A DNA stretch of 36,160 bases, taken from contig JBNJGP010000018.1 of assembly GCA_051747805.1 (NCBI GenBank), positions 1 through 36,160 of the forward strand. Direction: 5' to 3'. The notes beneath the pieces were generated by a model. The model was given only the letters and a program-made list of their open reading frames with translations, was not told the origin of the DNA and did not search any database. Of this stretch, positions 17,781-28,403 are shown one piece after another. The position numbers and the translations under genes are program-made. Origin of the DNA: Candidatus Muiribacteriota bacterium. Lineage in GTDB: Bacteria > Muiribacteriota > Muiribacteriia > Muiribacteriales > Muiribacteriaceae. Numbering within the stretch: the stretch's first letter is position 1; every line of letters begins with the position of its first letter.

Positions 17781-19640
17781 TTATAAAGTAAGTAAGGTTT
17801 GAATTTTTTTTAAAAATGAGGCTTTTTTTACAGGTTTAATAATTTTTGCATCAAAACCAGCCCTGTCCATTTCTTTTAAATCATTTGCAGTTCCCCTGCC
17901 GGTAAGAGCTACAATTTTTAAGTTTTTTCCTTTTTCTGTTTTTCTAATTTCTTCTAAGATTTGATATCCATCAGTCTCAGGAAGTTGTATATCCAGAAGA
18001 ATAAGAAAAAAATCATTTTCCTTTATCAGTTTTAAACCCTCTTTACCATTATAAGCAGTAAAACAGTTTAAACCAAGTTTTTTTAAATAAGTTGAAAATA
18101 TAAGTTGATTTTCTTCAAGGTCATCAATTATTAGAACTTTTCTTCCTTTTTGAGTTTTATTACTCTTTTCTAATTCAATATTCAAAGGAAATAACACTAT
18201 AAATTCTGTGCCCACCCCGGGTTTACTCTTAACTTTTATTTCACCGCCGAGTTTCTCAGTTATTTTTTTACAGATCGCAAGCCCCAGTCCGGTTCCACCG
18301 TATTCCTGATAGATATCATAATCCTGCTGTTCAAAAGGAGCAAAAATATTCATTATTTTTTCTTTTTCAATTCCTATACCTGTATCTTTAACCGCAATCT
18401 CTATAAATTCACGCTTGTTTAATTTTCGTTTATTTAATATTAAACTAATAAACCCATTATCAGTAAATTTCACAGCATTTCCAATCAGATTGTATAAAAT
18501 CTGTCTAAATCTGAAAGGGTCCCCTTCTATAAATTCAGGAATATTTTTATCAAAGTCAAAAACTGATTTTATTTTTTTATCTTTTATCTGGGTTTCAAAG
18601 TTTTCCATTATTTCCTGACATAGTTCTTTTAAGTTAAAAGAGCTTATTGAATAATCAAAATCTTTTGATTCAAGTTTTGAATAATCAAGAACGTCGTTTA
18701 CTACTGACGATAAATAGTTGGAAGCTCTCCCTATTATATCTAAATATTTTTTTTCTTTTTTATCGAGTTTCATTTCATTTAAAACTTCGCTCATGCCTAT
18801 TATGGTGTTCAGCGGAGTTCTAATTTCATGAGAAAGATGTGATAAATAAGACAGACTCATTTTTTCGGCTTTAGTTTTATTTTTTCTTTCATTTTTTATA
18901 GTATTAAGATTTTTTACTATAAATGTCAAATCTTCCACCTGAAGATAATATCTGTTTTTTTCTTTATAAAAGGCAGGTAATTTAAAAATAGATATATGAA
19001 GATGGCTTTCGCCTTCTCTGTTTGTTTTTAAACTGTAAGTTTTTTTAATTTTATCAAAATTTATTACTTTGTTAAACTTAATTATATCACCGCGTTGAAG
19101 CTTTTCAAAATTTTTGCCAGATAGTTGAACCTCTTTCATTAAATTCCATTTTGTCAGTTCTTTTTTATTTTTTATCCCATATATCTGAAGACCAGACTCG
19201 TTTATTTTTTCTAAAGAAAAATTATGTGTATAGATTTCGTTGCTCAGCGGTGACGTTTCAAATATTCTTCTGTATTTGTATTCGCTGTCAGCCAGGACAG
19301 AAACAATTGAAAGCCACTGACTTACATCATTTAAAAATTCAACTATTGTGTTATCTTCTGTCAGAACTGACTGAACAGAAAAAAAAATGTCTGTACCGTC
19401 TTTTTTTCTGTAAAGAATCTCCCCTGTTAAAAATTTCTGCTTTTTGATAATTTGAAGTCTGTTTAATGTATTTATTTTAATAACAGGTGAAAGAAAGTTT
19501 GAAATATGCCTGTGCTGCATTTCATTGAGATTATATCCCAGTAAATCAAGTGCTTTTTTGTTTGCCTCAAGAATTATGCCGTCGGGTGTAAGCTCAAAAA
19601 TTGCGTCCGGAGCTAAATCAAAAAATTTTTTATCCCTCAT
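17781..19640 (-). CDS. Cytoplasmic PAS-domain hybrid histidine kinase/response regulator
   Basis: N-terminal PAS, H-box SHEIRTPLN, N-box NLIGNAVKFT, G-boxes DTGIG and GGTGLGL, C-terminal receiver (IDD..LLDIQLP..KP). Confidence 0.93.
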   Translation of the reverse strand: MRDKKFFDLAPDAIFELTPDGIILEANKKALDLLGYNLNEMQHRHISNFLSPVIKINTLNRLQIIKKQKFLTGEILYRKKDGTDIFFSVQSVLTEDNTIVEFLNDVSQWLSIVSVLADSEYKYRRIFETSPLSNEIYTHNFSLEKINESGLQIYGIKNKKELTKWNLMKEVQLSGKNFEKLQRGDIIKFNKVINFDKIKKTYSLKTNREGESHLHISIFKLPAFYKEKNRYYLQVEDLTFIVKNLNTIKNERKNKTKAEKMSLSYLSHLSHEIRTPLNTIIGMSEVLNEMKLDKKEKKYLDIIGRASNYLSSVVNDVLDYSKLESKDFDYSISSFNLKELCQEIMENFETQIKDKKIKSVFDFDKNIPEFIEGDPFRFRQILYNLIGNAVKFTDNGFISLILNKRKLNKREFIEIAVKDTGIGIEKEKIMNIFAPFEQQDYDIYQEYGGTGLGLAICKKITEKLGGEIKVKSKPGVGTEFIVLFPLNIELEKSNKTQKGRKVLIIDDLEENQLIFSTYLKKLGLNCFTAYNGKEGLKLIKENDFFLILLDIQLPETDGYQILEEIRKTEKGKNLKIVALTGRGTANDLKEMDRAGFDAKIIKPVKKASFLKKIQTLLTL

Positions 19641-20194
19641 TTATCTTCCCTGTCCTGATTAAGAAATCTTGCGATTGTTCCAGCAACAGAATAATAAATC
19701 AGGAAAAATAAGCCCTGAAATATTATTGTATTAACTCCAGGTTTTAATGATAAATATTGATAAACAAAGCTGTATATATACATACCGGCAATTATTATCA
19801 GACCAAATAACATCATCTCGTTAAAATTAAATGGTGAAGATTTTTTTATTTCATCAAATGTTACTTCATTTTTTACAACCTTTTTATTTTTCATGAAATT
19901 ATAAATTTTAACCGAATAAAAAATTTCTATAAAAAAGAAAAAAAGCATAACAGCTGCGATAAATATTAAAAAACCATATTTATAAACAGAGGTCAGCTCA
20001 AAAAGATAGGCTGCAGTGCTTATAAAAGTTGCCCAGAGTATATGATATATCAAGTTGAACTTTTTAATTAATTTAACATCTGCGGGTCCTATTTCAAATG
20101 CATGTTCTGGATGTTTCAATGAATGAACGTAGTACGTTCTGCCATTTTTGTTTACAAAAAAATATTTTCTAACTTTATTTTCAAATATATTCAT
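19637..20194 (-). CDS. Membrane protein of unknown function (about 4 TM segments)
   Basis: Hydrophobic segments; ATGA overlap with the kinase gene. Confidence 0.7.
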   Translation of the reverse strand: MNIFENKVRKYFFVNKNGRTYYVHSLKHPEHAFEIGPADVKLIKKFNLIYHILWATFISTAAYLFELTSVYKYGFLIFIAAVMLFFFFIEIFYSVKIYNFMKNKKVVKNEVTFDEIKKSSPFNFNEMMLFGLIIIAGMYIYSFVYQYLSLKPGVNTIIFQGLFFLIYYSVAGTIARFLNQDREDK

Positions 20195-20201
20195 AGTTGT
20201 T

Positions 20202-20230
20202 ATGATAACCCAATCAAAAAATTAAATCAA
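20202..20230 (-). promoter_or_regulatory. Sigma70-like promoter, probably leaderless
   Basis: TTGATT-N17-TATCAT, then 7 nt to ATG 20194; no SD. Confidence 0.5.
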
Positions 20231-20290
20231 ATATGATATAATAAAAACTATGAGTGCACACAAGTTTAATAGTGAATAAGGAGTTTTATT

Positions 20291-20719
20291 ATGTTTAAAA
20301 AATATTTTTGTGTTTTTCTGATTGTTCTTTTTATTGGGAACGCGGCTGCTGGTTTTAATATTCGTGATTTTTTAAAAGATACTGTAAAAAAAGCGGCTAT
20401 TGGGTCGCTTATACGGGAAATGTCCTCGCCGATAAACTCTTTTATTAATAATCTGCTGGTTAATCATAATGCTGAAAACAAACAAAAAACCTTGGTTGTT
20501 CCTGTTTTTACGGTGGGAGGCGGTTCTGCTGTTGGCGCGGCACAGGTTTCAGGCCCTGATCATGCTGTTAATCAGGTTAAATCAGTTATTGCTGTTGAGG
20601 ATGAAATGAATGAAAAATACAGAGTAAAAGCTTATATTCCAAGCTCAAGTTCCAACCCTTTAAAAATGAATAGAGTTTCCGGTGTAGGCGTTACTGCAAT
20701 AATTGAGGGTTTTATTTAA
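20291..20719 (+). CDS. Exported hypothetical protein
   Basis: AAGGAG RBS, signal peptide, conserved-looking VVP..VG.GSAVGAAQVSGP and RVSGVGVTAII; TGATATAAT extended -10 upstream. Confidence 0.75.
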   Translation: MFKKYFCVFLIVLFIGNAAAGFNIRDFLKDTVKKAAIGSLIREMSSPINSFINNLLVNHNAENKQKTLVVPVFTVGGGSAVGAAQVSGPDHAVNQVKSVIAVEDEMNEKYRVKAYIPSSSSNPLKMNRVSGVGVTAIIEGFI

Positions 20720-22508
20720 TCAACTCTTTATATGTAACGCTTTTTTTCTGGAGCTGCTCATGAGTTCCCTGAGCCTCTATTTCGCCATTATTTAAAACAA
20801 TTATTCTATCAGCCTGTTTTGCAGTTGACATTCTATGGGTGACAATAATGCTTGTAATATCAGGTTTTTTTTCAAATAATTCCTTCCAGAATGATTTTTC
20901 ATTCTCAGCATCAAGGGCACTTGTTACATCGTCCATTATTATAATATCCGGATTTCCGCTTAAAGCTCTTGCTATTGAAAGTCTCTGTTTCTGTCCTCCC
21001 GATAATCCTATTCCACGTTGGCCAAGAGGAGTTTGAAAATCTTGTGGCAGATTTTGTATTTCTCCATAAAACTGGGCTGTTCTGGCTGAATTAATAATTG
21101 TATCTTCCTGCAGTTCTCGCCAGAAATCAATATTTGTAAAAACATTTTCACTTAGTATTAATGGTAGCTGCTCAATATAACCAATTTTTTTTCTATAACT
21201 ATCTTTATCATAATCTTCTATAGAAATATCATTTATTTTAATATCTCCTGAATCCTTTTCATAAATACCGCTGATTAAATTTAGAAGTGTTGACTTTCCT
21301 GACCCTATTTTGCCGACAATTGCAACTTTTTCTCCAGAATTTATATTAAAATCAATATTTTTTAATCTGAATTTATCTTTTTTATTATTATTGCTTTGTT
21401 TAAACTCAAAGTTAACATTTTCAAACCCTATATTATTAAATCTTTTAAAATCTTTTCTATTCTCAGGTACATCTTTATAATCCTTTTCAAAATTTTTAAT
21501 TTCTTCAAGCCTGTCAATTGTTACACAGGCCTGCGTTCCCATCACAAAAAAGTTTGGTATATCTATAATAGGCCACACTATCATTCCCAGATATGAGTAA
21601 AAGGCAATATAAGTTCCTAATGTTATATTTCCCTGTATGACCATTATTCCACCAAAAAGCAGCACAAAAACCTGTCCCAGATAATTTAGAAATTCAAAGT
21701 ATATTCTGAATAATCCCTCAATTGCAATTACATCAACTTCTATTTGCTTCCTTTTCATAAGCTTATTAAAAAAAAGTTCTTTCTGATAATTTTCTGAATT
21801 AAATGATTTAAGTATTTTAATTCCAGAATATATTGATTCAAGATAATCATTTGTCTCAGATACACTTTTTCTGAATTTGGTAAACCTGTCTTTTACAACA
21901 GACTCAAGTTTGAAAAATAAAAACATCATCAGCGGTATTGGTATTATTGATAAAACAGTCAGCATTGGGTTTAAAAGCCACATGCTTATTAAACAGAATA
22001 CTATTATACAGCTTGAGTTAAAGGCTCTGAATATTCCAGAACATAGAAACCACGCTATTCCAGGCGGGTGAGTTGAAACATCCTCGGATAATCTTGTGGC
22101 TATATCGCCTGTTCTATATTTATGAAAAAATCTGTAACTTTTATTTAATATATGTCCAAAATACTTTTTTCGAAGGGTTATTTCAAGAATAAGGTTCATT
22201 TTTCCGCGCATATAAGGATAAATATTTGTCAAAATCATTGCGATTCCAAATATAATAAGTATTGAAATAAGGGTGTTTTTTTCTTCTAATGCCTTCTGAG
22301 CAGTAATTTCTCCAGAGGTGAACTTCTCAAGATTTTCAACAAGAGAATCAACAATATGTTTAAAAACTAGCGGATATAATGTTGTTACAACTGTTGTGAA
22401 TATTGTAAGAAATACAAGAAGAAAAACATATAGTTTATGCTCCCTGTATATATCCATTACCCATTTAATATAGAATTTTTTTGGATTTCTTGTTTTTTCT
22501 TTTTTCAT
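20712..22508 (-). CDS. ABC exporter, fused permease/ATPase (heterodimer subunit)
   Basis: TM domain, Walker A GKIGSGKS, LSGGQKQR, Walker B IIIMDD (Asp in place of catalytic Glu, degenerate site). Confidence 0.93.
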   Translation of the reverse strand: MKKEKTRNPKKFYIKWVMDIYREHKLYVFLLVFLTIFTTVVTTLYPLVFKHIVDSLVENLEKFTSGEITAQKALEEKNTLISILIIFGIAMILTNIYPYMRGKMNLILEITLRKKYFGHILNKSYRFFHKYRTGDIATRLSEDVSTHPPGIAWFLCSGIFRAFNSSCIIVFCLISMWLLNPMLTVLSIIPIPLMMFLFFKLESVVKDRFTKFRKSVSETNDYLESIYSGIKILKSFNSENYQKELFFNKLMKRKQIEVDVIAIEGLFRIYFEFLNYLGQVFVLLFGGIMVIQGNITLGTYIAFYSYLGMIVWPIIDIPNFFVMGTQACVTIDRLEEIKNFEKDYKDVPENRKDFKRFNNIGFENVNFEFKQSNNNKKDKFRLKNIDFNINSGEKVAIVGKIGSGKSTLLNLISGIYEKDSGDIKINDISIEDYDKDSYRKKIGYIEQLPLILSENVFTNIDFWRELQEDTIINSARTAQFYGEIQNLPQDFQTPLGQRGIGLSGGQKQRLSIARALSGNPDIIIMDDVTSALDAENEKSFWKELFEKKPDITSIIVTHRMSTAKQADRIIVLNNGEIEAQGTHEQLQKKSVTYKELIK

Positions 22509-22513
22509 AATTT

Positions 22514-24253
22514 TTAAACCATTTGTATTTTGTAGAGTTTATGGTATAACCCTCTTTTTTCCATAAGCTCATTATGAGTTCCAGTTTCCTGAATTTCTCC
22601 CTCATTAAAAACAAAAATTTTATCTGCCTCCTTAATAGTTGAGAGCCTGTGGGCAATAATAATAGCTGTTCTTCCCTCAAGCAGTTTTTTTAATGCATTC
22701 TGAAGCAGATTTTCTGTTATAACATCAACTGAAGAAGTTGCCTCATCCAGTATTAAAATATCCGGGTTTTTCACAAGCGCTCTGGTAAAAGAAACAAGCT
22801 GTCTTTCTCCCATTGATAGATTCGCTCCAGATTCTGCAAGATATGTATCATAACCATCACTTTTTTTCATTATCATATCATGGGCGCCAAGCTCTTTTGC
22901 AGCTTTAAAAACCTGTTCATCGCTTATTTCATCGTTAAAAGATTTTAGATTCTGTAAAATTGTTCCGGGAAAAAGATACACATCCTGAAGCACAAGACCT
23001 ATATCTTTTCTTAAATTCTGAATTTTATAATCTTTTATATTTCTGTTATCAATCAATATTTCACCCCTTCTTAATTCATAAAATCTGAGCAAAATATTTA
23101 TAATTGTTGTTTTACCCGAACCTGAAGGGCCTATAATTGCAACATGTTCTCCTGCCTTAATATTAAAAGACATATTGTTTATTACTGTTTCTTTATCATA
23201 GGCAAATTCTATATTTTTAAACTGTAGTTTTTCTCTTAAATGTGGTACTTCATTGTTTTCAACATTATTTTTCACTTTAGAGGGAGTGTCCAGAATATCA
23301 AAAACCCTGGAGGCCGCAGCTAAACTTGATTGAACCTGAGAAAGGACCATCATAAGATTCCTGAGAGGCATAAAAAGCTGTCTCATAAGCTCTGCATACA
23401 TTATCAGACTTCCTATTGTCATTTCGCCTTCTATTATTTTTGTTATCCCATAATAAAAAATAGCCGCAATTGATACTGTTTCTGTTAAAAAATGAAAAAA
23501 GGACCAGAAAACCATATAATCAACAAATAGTCCTTTTTTTTCGTACTTCATTTTATCATATGAATGATTCAATAATTTATCCATGGCCTTCTTCTTTTTT
23601 GAAAAAAGCTGTATAATCGGAACTGCCTGAACGTACTCGGTAATATATCCAGATAAATAGGAATTTTTTTTACGAACCTCTCTCCAGAGTTTCATTATAT
23701 AGTTTAAATAAAAATAAACTGCAACGGCTATAAAGGGGAAAATAAATATTAAAATCAGTCCAAAAAATGGCTCCTCATAAATAATAATGCTTAAAATTCC
23801 GGCAAGCATCATAGAGGACTGTATCATTATCATTGCGGAATGTGAAAAAATAACTTTTAATTTTTCAATATCGGATTCAGTCCTTGCCATTAATCTTCCC
23901 GGAGCATTTTTATCAAAAAAACTGATATCCTGTTTTAAAATATGCCCGAATACTTTATTTTTTATTTTTGTAACAATATTTAATCCAAGTTTTGCAAGGT
24001 TTAATATTTGAAAATACTGAACAAGAGCCCCAGTACATAAAGCAAGGACAAAAGCCAGCGCAAAGTACAGGGCCAGCTTTATATTATGTTCTGGTATTGC
24101 AGTATCAATTATCTGCCTTAATATTAGAGGACGTGCAAGATGAGTGCCTGTAATAAATACTGCCGCAACACTTCCCCATAATAACCTTTTTTTCTCAGTT
24201 GAAAAAAATGGTAGAAGTCTTTTCAATGTTGAAGTTTTTTTATTCATTTTCAT
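22514..24253 (-). CDS. ABC exporter, fused permease/ATPase (heterodimer subunit)
   Basis: TM domain, GPSGSGKT, signature LSMGERQ, ILDEATS, IIAHRLST. Confidence 0.93.
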   Translation of the reverse strand: MKMNKKTSTLKRLLPFFSTEKKRLLWGSVAAVFITGTHLARPLILRQIIDTAIPEHNIKLALYFALAFVLALCTGALVQYFQILNLAKLGLNIVTKIKNKVFGHILKQDISFFDKNAPGRLMARTESDIEKLKVIFSHSAMIMIQSSMMLAGILSIIIYEEPFFGLILIFIFPFIAVAVYFYLNYIMKLWREVRKKNSYLSGYITEYVQAVPIIQLFSKKKKAMDKLLNHSYDKMKYEKKGLFVDYMVFWSFFHFLTETVSIAAIFYYGITKIIEGEMTIGSLIMYAELMRQLFMPLRNLMMVLSQVQSSLAAASRVFDILDTPSKVKNNVENNEVPHLREKLQFKNIEFAYDKETVINNMSFNIKAGEHVAIIGPSGSGKTTIINILLRFYELRRGEILIDNRNIKDYKIQNLRKDIGLVLQDVYLFPGTILQNLKSFNDEISDEQVFKAAKELGAHDMIMKKSDGYDTYLAESGANLSMGERQLVSFTRALVKNPDILILDEATSSVDVITENLLQNALKKLLEGRTAIIIAHRLSTIKEADKIFVFNEGEIQETGTHNELMEKRGLYHKLYKIQMV

Positions 24254-24259
24254 CTGGTT

Positions 24260-24288
24260 ATATTATTTTTTTCCTTTTATTATGTCAA
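24260..24288 (-). promoter_or_regulatory. Sigma70-like promoter of the ABC operon, probably leaderless
   Basis: TTGACA-N17-TAATAT, then 6 nt to ATG 24253. Confidence 0.5.
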
Positions 24289-24337
24289 GGGGCTGTTGAA
24301 AACCCTTTTTAATATGACGAAACAAAATGCCCAAGTG

Positions 24338-24365
24338 TTGATTTTTTTTAAAAAAAATGTATAAT
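24338..24365 (+). promoter_or_regulatory. Sigma70-like promoter of ygfK
   Basis: TTGATT-N16-TATAAT upstream of the GGGGGA RBS and ATG 24407. Confidence 0.55.
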
Positions 24366-24406
24366 TGTGGTTATTCTCAATATGAACTATTATCTCAGGG
24401 GGATTT

Positions 24407-27400
24407 ATGTCAAAAGAATTTACATGTGTACCGTTTGATAAATTATTAAAATGGATTTTAGATGAGTATAATTCAAATAAAACAATTTTTGGAATTGATG
24501 AAAGTAACTTTTTTAAACCTACATCAGCAGACCCTTTTTCATTCAGAAAATATAATAAATATATTGAAACTCCTCTTGGAGTGGCAGCAGGCCCTCATAC
24601 TCAGCTTGCCCAAAATATTATTTCTGCATGGTTATGCGGCGCAAGGTTCATAGAGCTAAAAACTGTTCAGACCCTTGACGAAATAGAAGTACTTAAACCT
24701 TGTATTGATATTGAAAACGAGGGATACAACGGGGAATGGTCACAGGAACTCACTTTGAATGATTCTTATAATGAATATTTAAAAGCCTGGGTTATTATTC
24801 ATATTCTTTCTGATATATTTGGCTATAACAACGGCACAGATGAAATTGGCACAATTTTTAATATGAGTGCTGGTTATGACCTTGAAGGTATTAAAAAAGA
24901 TAATATGCAGAAGTTTTTTTCTAAAATGAAAAACTCTTCAAAAAACATTGAAATACTTAAAAATGAGGCAGCAAATTTTTATGAAAATTCTTTAAAACTT
25001 AAAATACCCGCAAATATTTCAGATAACGTAACACTTTCAACCATGCATGGCTGTCCACCAGCTGAAATAGAAAAAATCGCCATTTTTTTAATTGAAGAAA
25101 TGGGTTTTCATACAACTATTAAATTTAATCCAACTTTAATAGGAAAAGAAAAACTTAAATATTTTTTAAATGAAAAACTCAACTATGACACAATAGTTCC
25201 TGATGAAGCTTTTGAGCATGACCCGGTTTACGATGATGCCTTAAAAATTATAAAAAACGTTGCCCAGGTTGCAGAAGAAAACGTTAAAGAATTTTCTTAT
25301 AAACTTTCAAACACACTTGAAAGTGTTAATCATAAAGATATTTTTCCAGAAGGTCAGGATATGATGTACATGTCCGGGCGTCCGCTTCATGTAATAGATG
25401 TCAACTTGGGCTCAATGCTTGCTGATGATAATTATGGTCAGCAGGAAGTTTCCTTTTCCGGCGGCGGAGACTGTTTTAACTTTGCAGAACTTATAAGCAC
25501 TAATATAAAACCTGTTACTGTTTGTTCAGATATTCTAAAACCAGGTGGATATGGAAAACTGAATCAGTATATAAATAATTTAAGGGAACAGATGCAAAAG
25601 TATGACTCCGATGATATTGGCAATTTTATTGTCAAAAAATATTTCCAGAATTATTATAAAGATGAAGAATTCAGCAAAAAACTTAAAGAAAATTTTGAGA
25701 ATAATAACTTTATTAAAATAGATGATAATGTTTTTAATAATTTAATTCAAAAACTACCGGAGGAAATACATTATGAAAAATTAAGCGAATCAATTGGTGA
25801 TTTAATTCAACATTCAGATAAAAATATTATTTCCGTTATATTTGAGGAAATTATTAAAACATGTGGCAGAATTAATTTAAAGTACTATGCAGAAGAAGCC
25901 TCTGAAAACCGAAGATACCGTAAAGATTTTATTAATACTCAGAAGTATAAAGGAAACAGAAAACTTGATTATTTCAACTGTATGAAGGCTCCCTGCAGAC
26001 AGGAATGTCCAGTTAGTCAGAACGTTCCTGAATATATGAGACTGATTGCAGAAAAAAATTTTAAAAAGGCCGCAGAGGTGGTTTTTCATGATAATCCTGT
26101 TGCAAATATTGCCGGCCGGGTATGCGACCATCAATGTACTTACAGATGTACAAGAACTCACATTGATACACCTTTAAAAATTAGAGAAATTAAGCGATTT
26201 ATAACTGACAATAATCAAAATACAGTTTCCAAAGTTGATTCAGATAATAAAAAGGCTGCTATTATTGGTGCCGGGCCTGCAGGTTTAAGCTGTGCATGGT
26301 TTCTTGCTAAAAACAATGTAAAAGTTACCGTTTATGAAAGTAAAAAAATATGTGGTGGTATGGCATCTCATGCAATTCCTTCATTCAGACTTCCAGATGA
26401 AAAAATAAAATTAGATGTGGAAGTACTTAAACAGGCGGGAGTACATTTTGTTACAGAAATTACCGTAGGAAAAGATATTTCTTTTGAAATACTAAAAAAA
26501 GATTATGATTTTATATTTATAGGCGCTGGTGCTAAAAATGGCATTAAACTTAATATCGACGGGGAAGAATCAGATGGTGTTATAGATGCTCTTAAATTTT
26601 TAGAATTAATAAGGAAAAATAAATGGAATAAAAACCCTTCAAAAATAGGGGTTATCGGCGGCGGCAACTCAGCTGTAGATGTTGCAAGAACTGCCTGGAG
26701 ACTCCATAACACAAAAGAAGTTCACATTCTTTATAGAAGAACTCAAAATGAAATGCCAGCCGATCCTGAAGAAATTGAAGAATTAAAAAAAGAAAAAATC
26801 AATATTGTTGAGCTTGTATCTCCGGTTAAAATTAACTCTGAAAACAATAAATTAAAAAGCGTTGTTTGTCAGAAAATGAAACTGGGTAAAAAAGATGCCA
26901 GCGGAAGAAGAAGACCTGTTCCGATAGAGGGTTCCCAATTTGAAATTGAACTTGATTTGCTTGTTGTGGCAATAAGCCAGAAAACTGATTTATCATTTTT
27001 AGAAACTCAGGGAATTAATTTAACACGCTGGAATACAGTCGATGCTGATTTAGAAACAATGAAAACCAGTATTGATAAAGTTTATGCAGGTGGTGATGTT
27101 GTTCATGGTCCCTCTACTCTTATTAAGGCCGCTGGTGATGGGAAAAAAGCTGCTTTTTCATTTTTAGAAAAAAATCCCAGTGAACGTAATGAAAACGTTT
27201 TAAAAGAAAAAGATAAAAAAGAATTATCTGTGAAAAAAACCTTTGTAAATCAGGGGGAAGAAGTTGAAGAAATACCAGTTGAAAAAAGGAAAAATTTCAA
27301 CGAAACCACCCAGACTTTTTCTGAAGCGCAGGCTGTTAATGAGGCTAAAAGATGCTTATCATGTGATTTATATTGTGGTATATGTACTTCTGTTTGTCCA

Positions 27401-27889
27401 AACAGGGCAAATTTTTCCTATAAAACAGAACTTTTATCGTTTCCTGAAAAAATTTATTTAAAAAACGAGGATGATTTTTGGCTTTCAGAAAAGAAATTAA
27501 AGATTAAACAAAGCTATCAGATTGCAAACATCGGAGACTGCTGTAATGAATGTGGCAACTGCACAACTTTCTGCCCAACAGCCGACGCTCCATATAAAAA
27601 TAAACCAAAGTTTTATCTGCAACCTGAATCTTTTGACTGTCATAAGGAAGACGGGTTTATTTTCCAAAAAGAAAATGATACTAAAATTTTACTTGGTAGA
27701 ATAGATGAAAAAATACATTCTCTGGCTTTAGAAAATAATCTTTTTTTATACAAAGGAAGTGAATTTGAAGCTGAAATTAATACGGAAACCCTGCATATTC
27801 AAAAATTTAAATCCTTAATTAATGATAAAGAGATTAACTTGAATAATTTATTTAATATGATTGTGTTTTATAAATTTGTAAAGATTTAA
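24407..27889 (+). CDS. ygfK: YgfK-type Fe-S flavoprotein oxidoreductase (putative selenate reductase subunit)
   Basis: TPLGVAAGPHTQLAQNI..GARFIELKTVQ, STMHGCPP.EIE, GltD-like FAD/NAD(P) domain (GAGPAG, GGGNSA), C-terminal 4Fe-4S motifs CxxCxxxCPNRAN and CNECGNCTTFCP. Confidence 0.92.
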   Translation: MSKEFTCVPFDKLLKWILDEYNSNKTIFGIDESNFFKPTSADPFSFRKYNKYIETPLGVAAGPHTQLAQNIISAWLCGARFIELKTVQTLDEIEVLKPCIDIENEGYNGEWSQELTLNDSYNEYLKAWVIIHILSDIFGYNNGTDEIGTIFNMSAGYDLEGIKKDNMQKFFSKMKNSSKNIEILKNEAANFYENSLKLKIPANISDNVTLSTMHGCPPAEIEKIAIFLIEEMGFHTTIKFNPTLIGKEKLKYFLNEKLNYDTIVPDEAFEHDPVYDDALKIIKNVAQVAEENVKEFSYKLSNTLESVNHKDIFPEGQDMMYMSGRPLHVIDVNLGSMLADDNYGQQEVSFSGGGDCFNFAELISTNIKPVTVCSDILKPGGYGKLNQYINNLREQMQKYDSDDIGNFIVKKYFQNYYKDEEFSKKLKENFENNNFIKIDDNVFNNLIQKLPEEIHYEKLSESIGDLIQHSDKNIISVIFEEIIKTCGRINLKYYAEEASENRRYRKDFINTQKYKGNRKLDYFNCMKAPCRQECPVSQNVPEYMRLIAEKNFKKAAEVVFHDNPVANIAGRVCDHQCTYRCTRTHIDTPLKIREIKRFITDNNQNTVSKVDSDNKKAAIIGAGPAGLSCAWFLAKNNVKVTVYESKKICGGMASHAIPSFRLPDEKIKLDVEVLKQAGVHFVTEITVGKDISFEILKKDYDFIFIGAGAKNGIKLNIDGEESDGVIDALKFLELIRKNKWNKNPSKIGVIGGGNSAVDVARTAWRLHNTKEVHILYRRTQNEMPADPEEIEELKKEKINIVELVSPVKINSENNKLKSVVCQKMKLGKKDASGRRRPVPIEGSQFEIELDLLVVAISQKTDLSFLETQGINLTRWNTVDADLETMKTSIDKVYAGGDVVHGPSTLIKAAGDGKKAAFSFLEKNPSERNENVLKEKDKKELSVKKTFVNQGEEVEEIPVEKRKNFNETTQTFSEAQAVNEAKRCLSCDLYCGICTSVCPNRANFSYKTELLSFPEKIYLKNEDDFWLSEKKLKIKQSYQIANIGDCCNECGNCTTFCPTADAPYKNKPKFYLQPESFDCHKEDGFIFQKENDTKILLGRIDEKIHSLALENNLFLYKGSEFEAEINTETLHIQKFKSLINDKEINLNNLFNMIVFYKFVKI

Positions 27890-27904
27890 ATTTAGAATTT
27901 TCAA

Positions 27905-27926
27905 GTGGCTGTTGAAAAACAGCCAC
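27905..27926. terminator. Hairpin between convergent genes (probable bidirectional terminator)
   Basis: GTGGCTGTT-gaaa-AACAGCCAC, a perfect 9-bp stem with a GNRA loop, followed by a T-rich tract on the + strand. Confidence 0.7.
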
Positions 27927-27938
27927 CTGTTTTTATTT

Positions 27939-28403
27939 TTAATTTTTATTTGTTTCAAGTTTAACTGCATCTATTATTTGTTTATATCCAGTACAACGGC
28001 ATATATTGCCGGATATTGCCTCTTTTATTTCTTCTTCCCCTGGATTCGGATTTTCATAAAGAAGCGCTTTAATACTCATCAGCATTCCCGGTGTACAGTA
28101 ACCACATTGAACTGCACCTGCCTCAAGAAAGTTCTTCTGTAATGAAGATATTTCTCCGTTCTTTTCTAGTCCCTCAACTGTTTCAATTGTTTTTCCATCT
28201 AACTGCCCCGCAAGTATAAGGCAGGAGTTAACAGCCTTTTTATCCATTATAACTGTACATGCTCCACACTCTCCTATACCACAGCCTTCTTTTGTGCCTG
28301 TTAACTTTAAGTCCTCACGGAGTACATCTACTAATCGTTTGTTTGCATTTGTTTTTAAATCATAATCTCTATTATTTACTCTAAATTTAATATGTATTAA
28401 CAT
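27939..28403 (-). CDS. xdhC: Xanthine dehydrogenase family [2Fe-2S] subunit
   Basis: GTKEGCGIGECGACTV, QCGYCTPG, GNICRCTGY. Confidence 0.92.
   Translation of the reverse strand: MLIHIKFRVNNRDYDLKTNANKRLVDVLREDLKLTGTKEGCGIGECGACTVIMDKKAVNSCLILAGQLDGKTIETVEGLEKNGEISSLQKNFLEAGAVQCGYCTPGMLMSIKALLYENPNPGEEEIKEAISGNICRCTGYKQIIDAVKLETNKN

Noticed and set aside
24341..24358. Perfect palindrome ATTTTTTTTAAAAAAAAT in the ygfK promoter spacer as an operator
   Set aside because: It is low-complexity A/T sequence, expected by chance in this genome.
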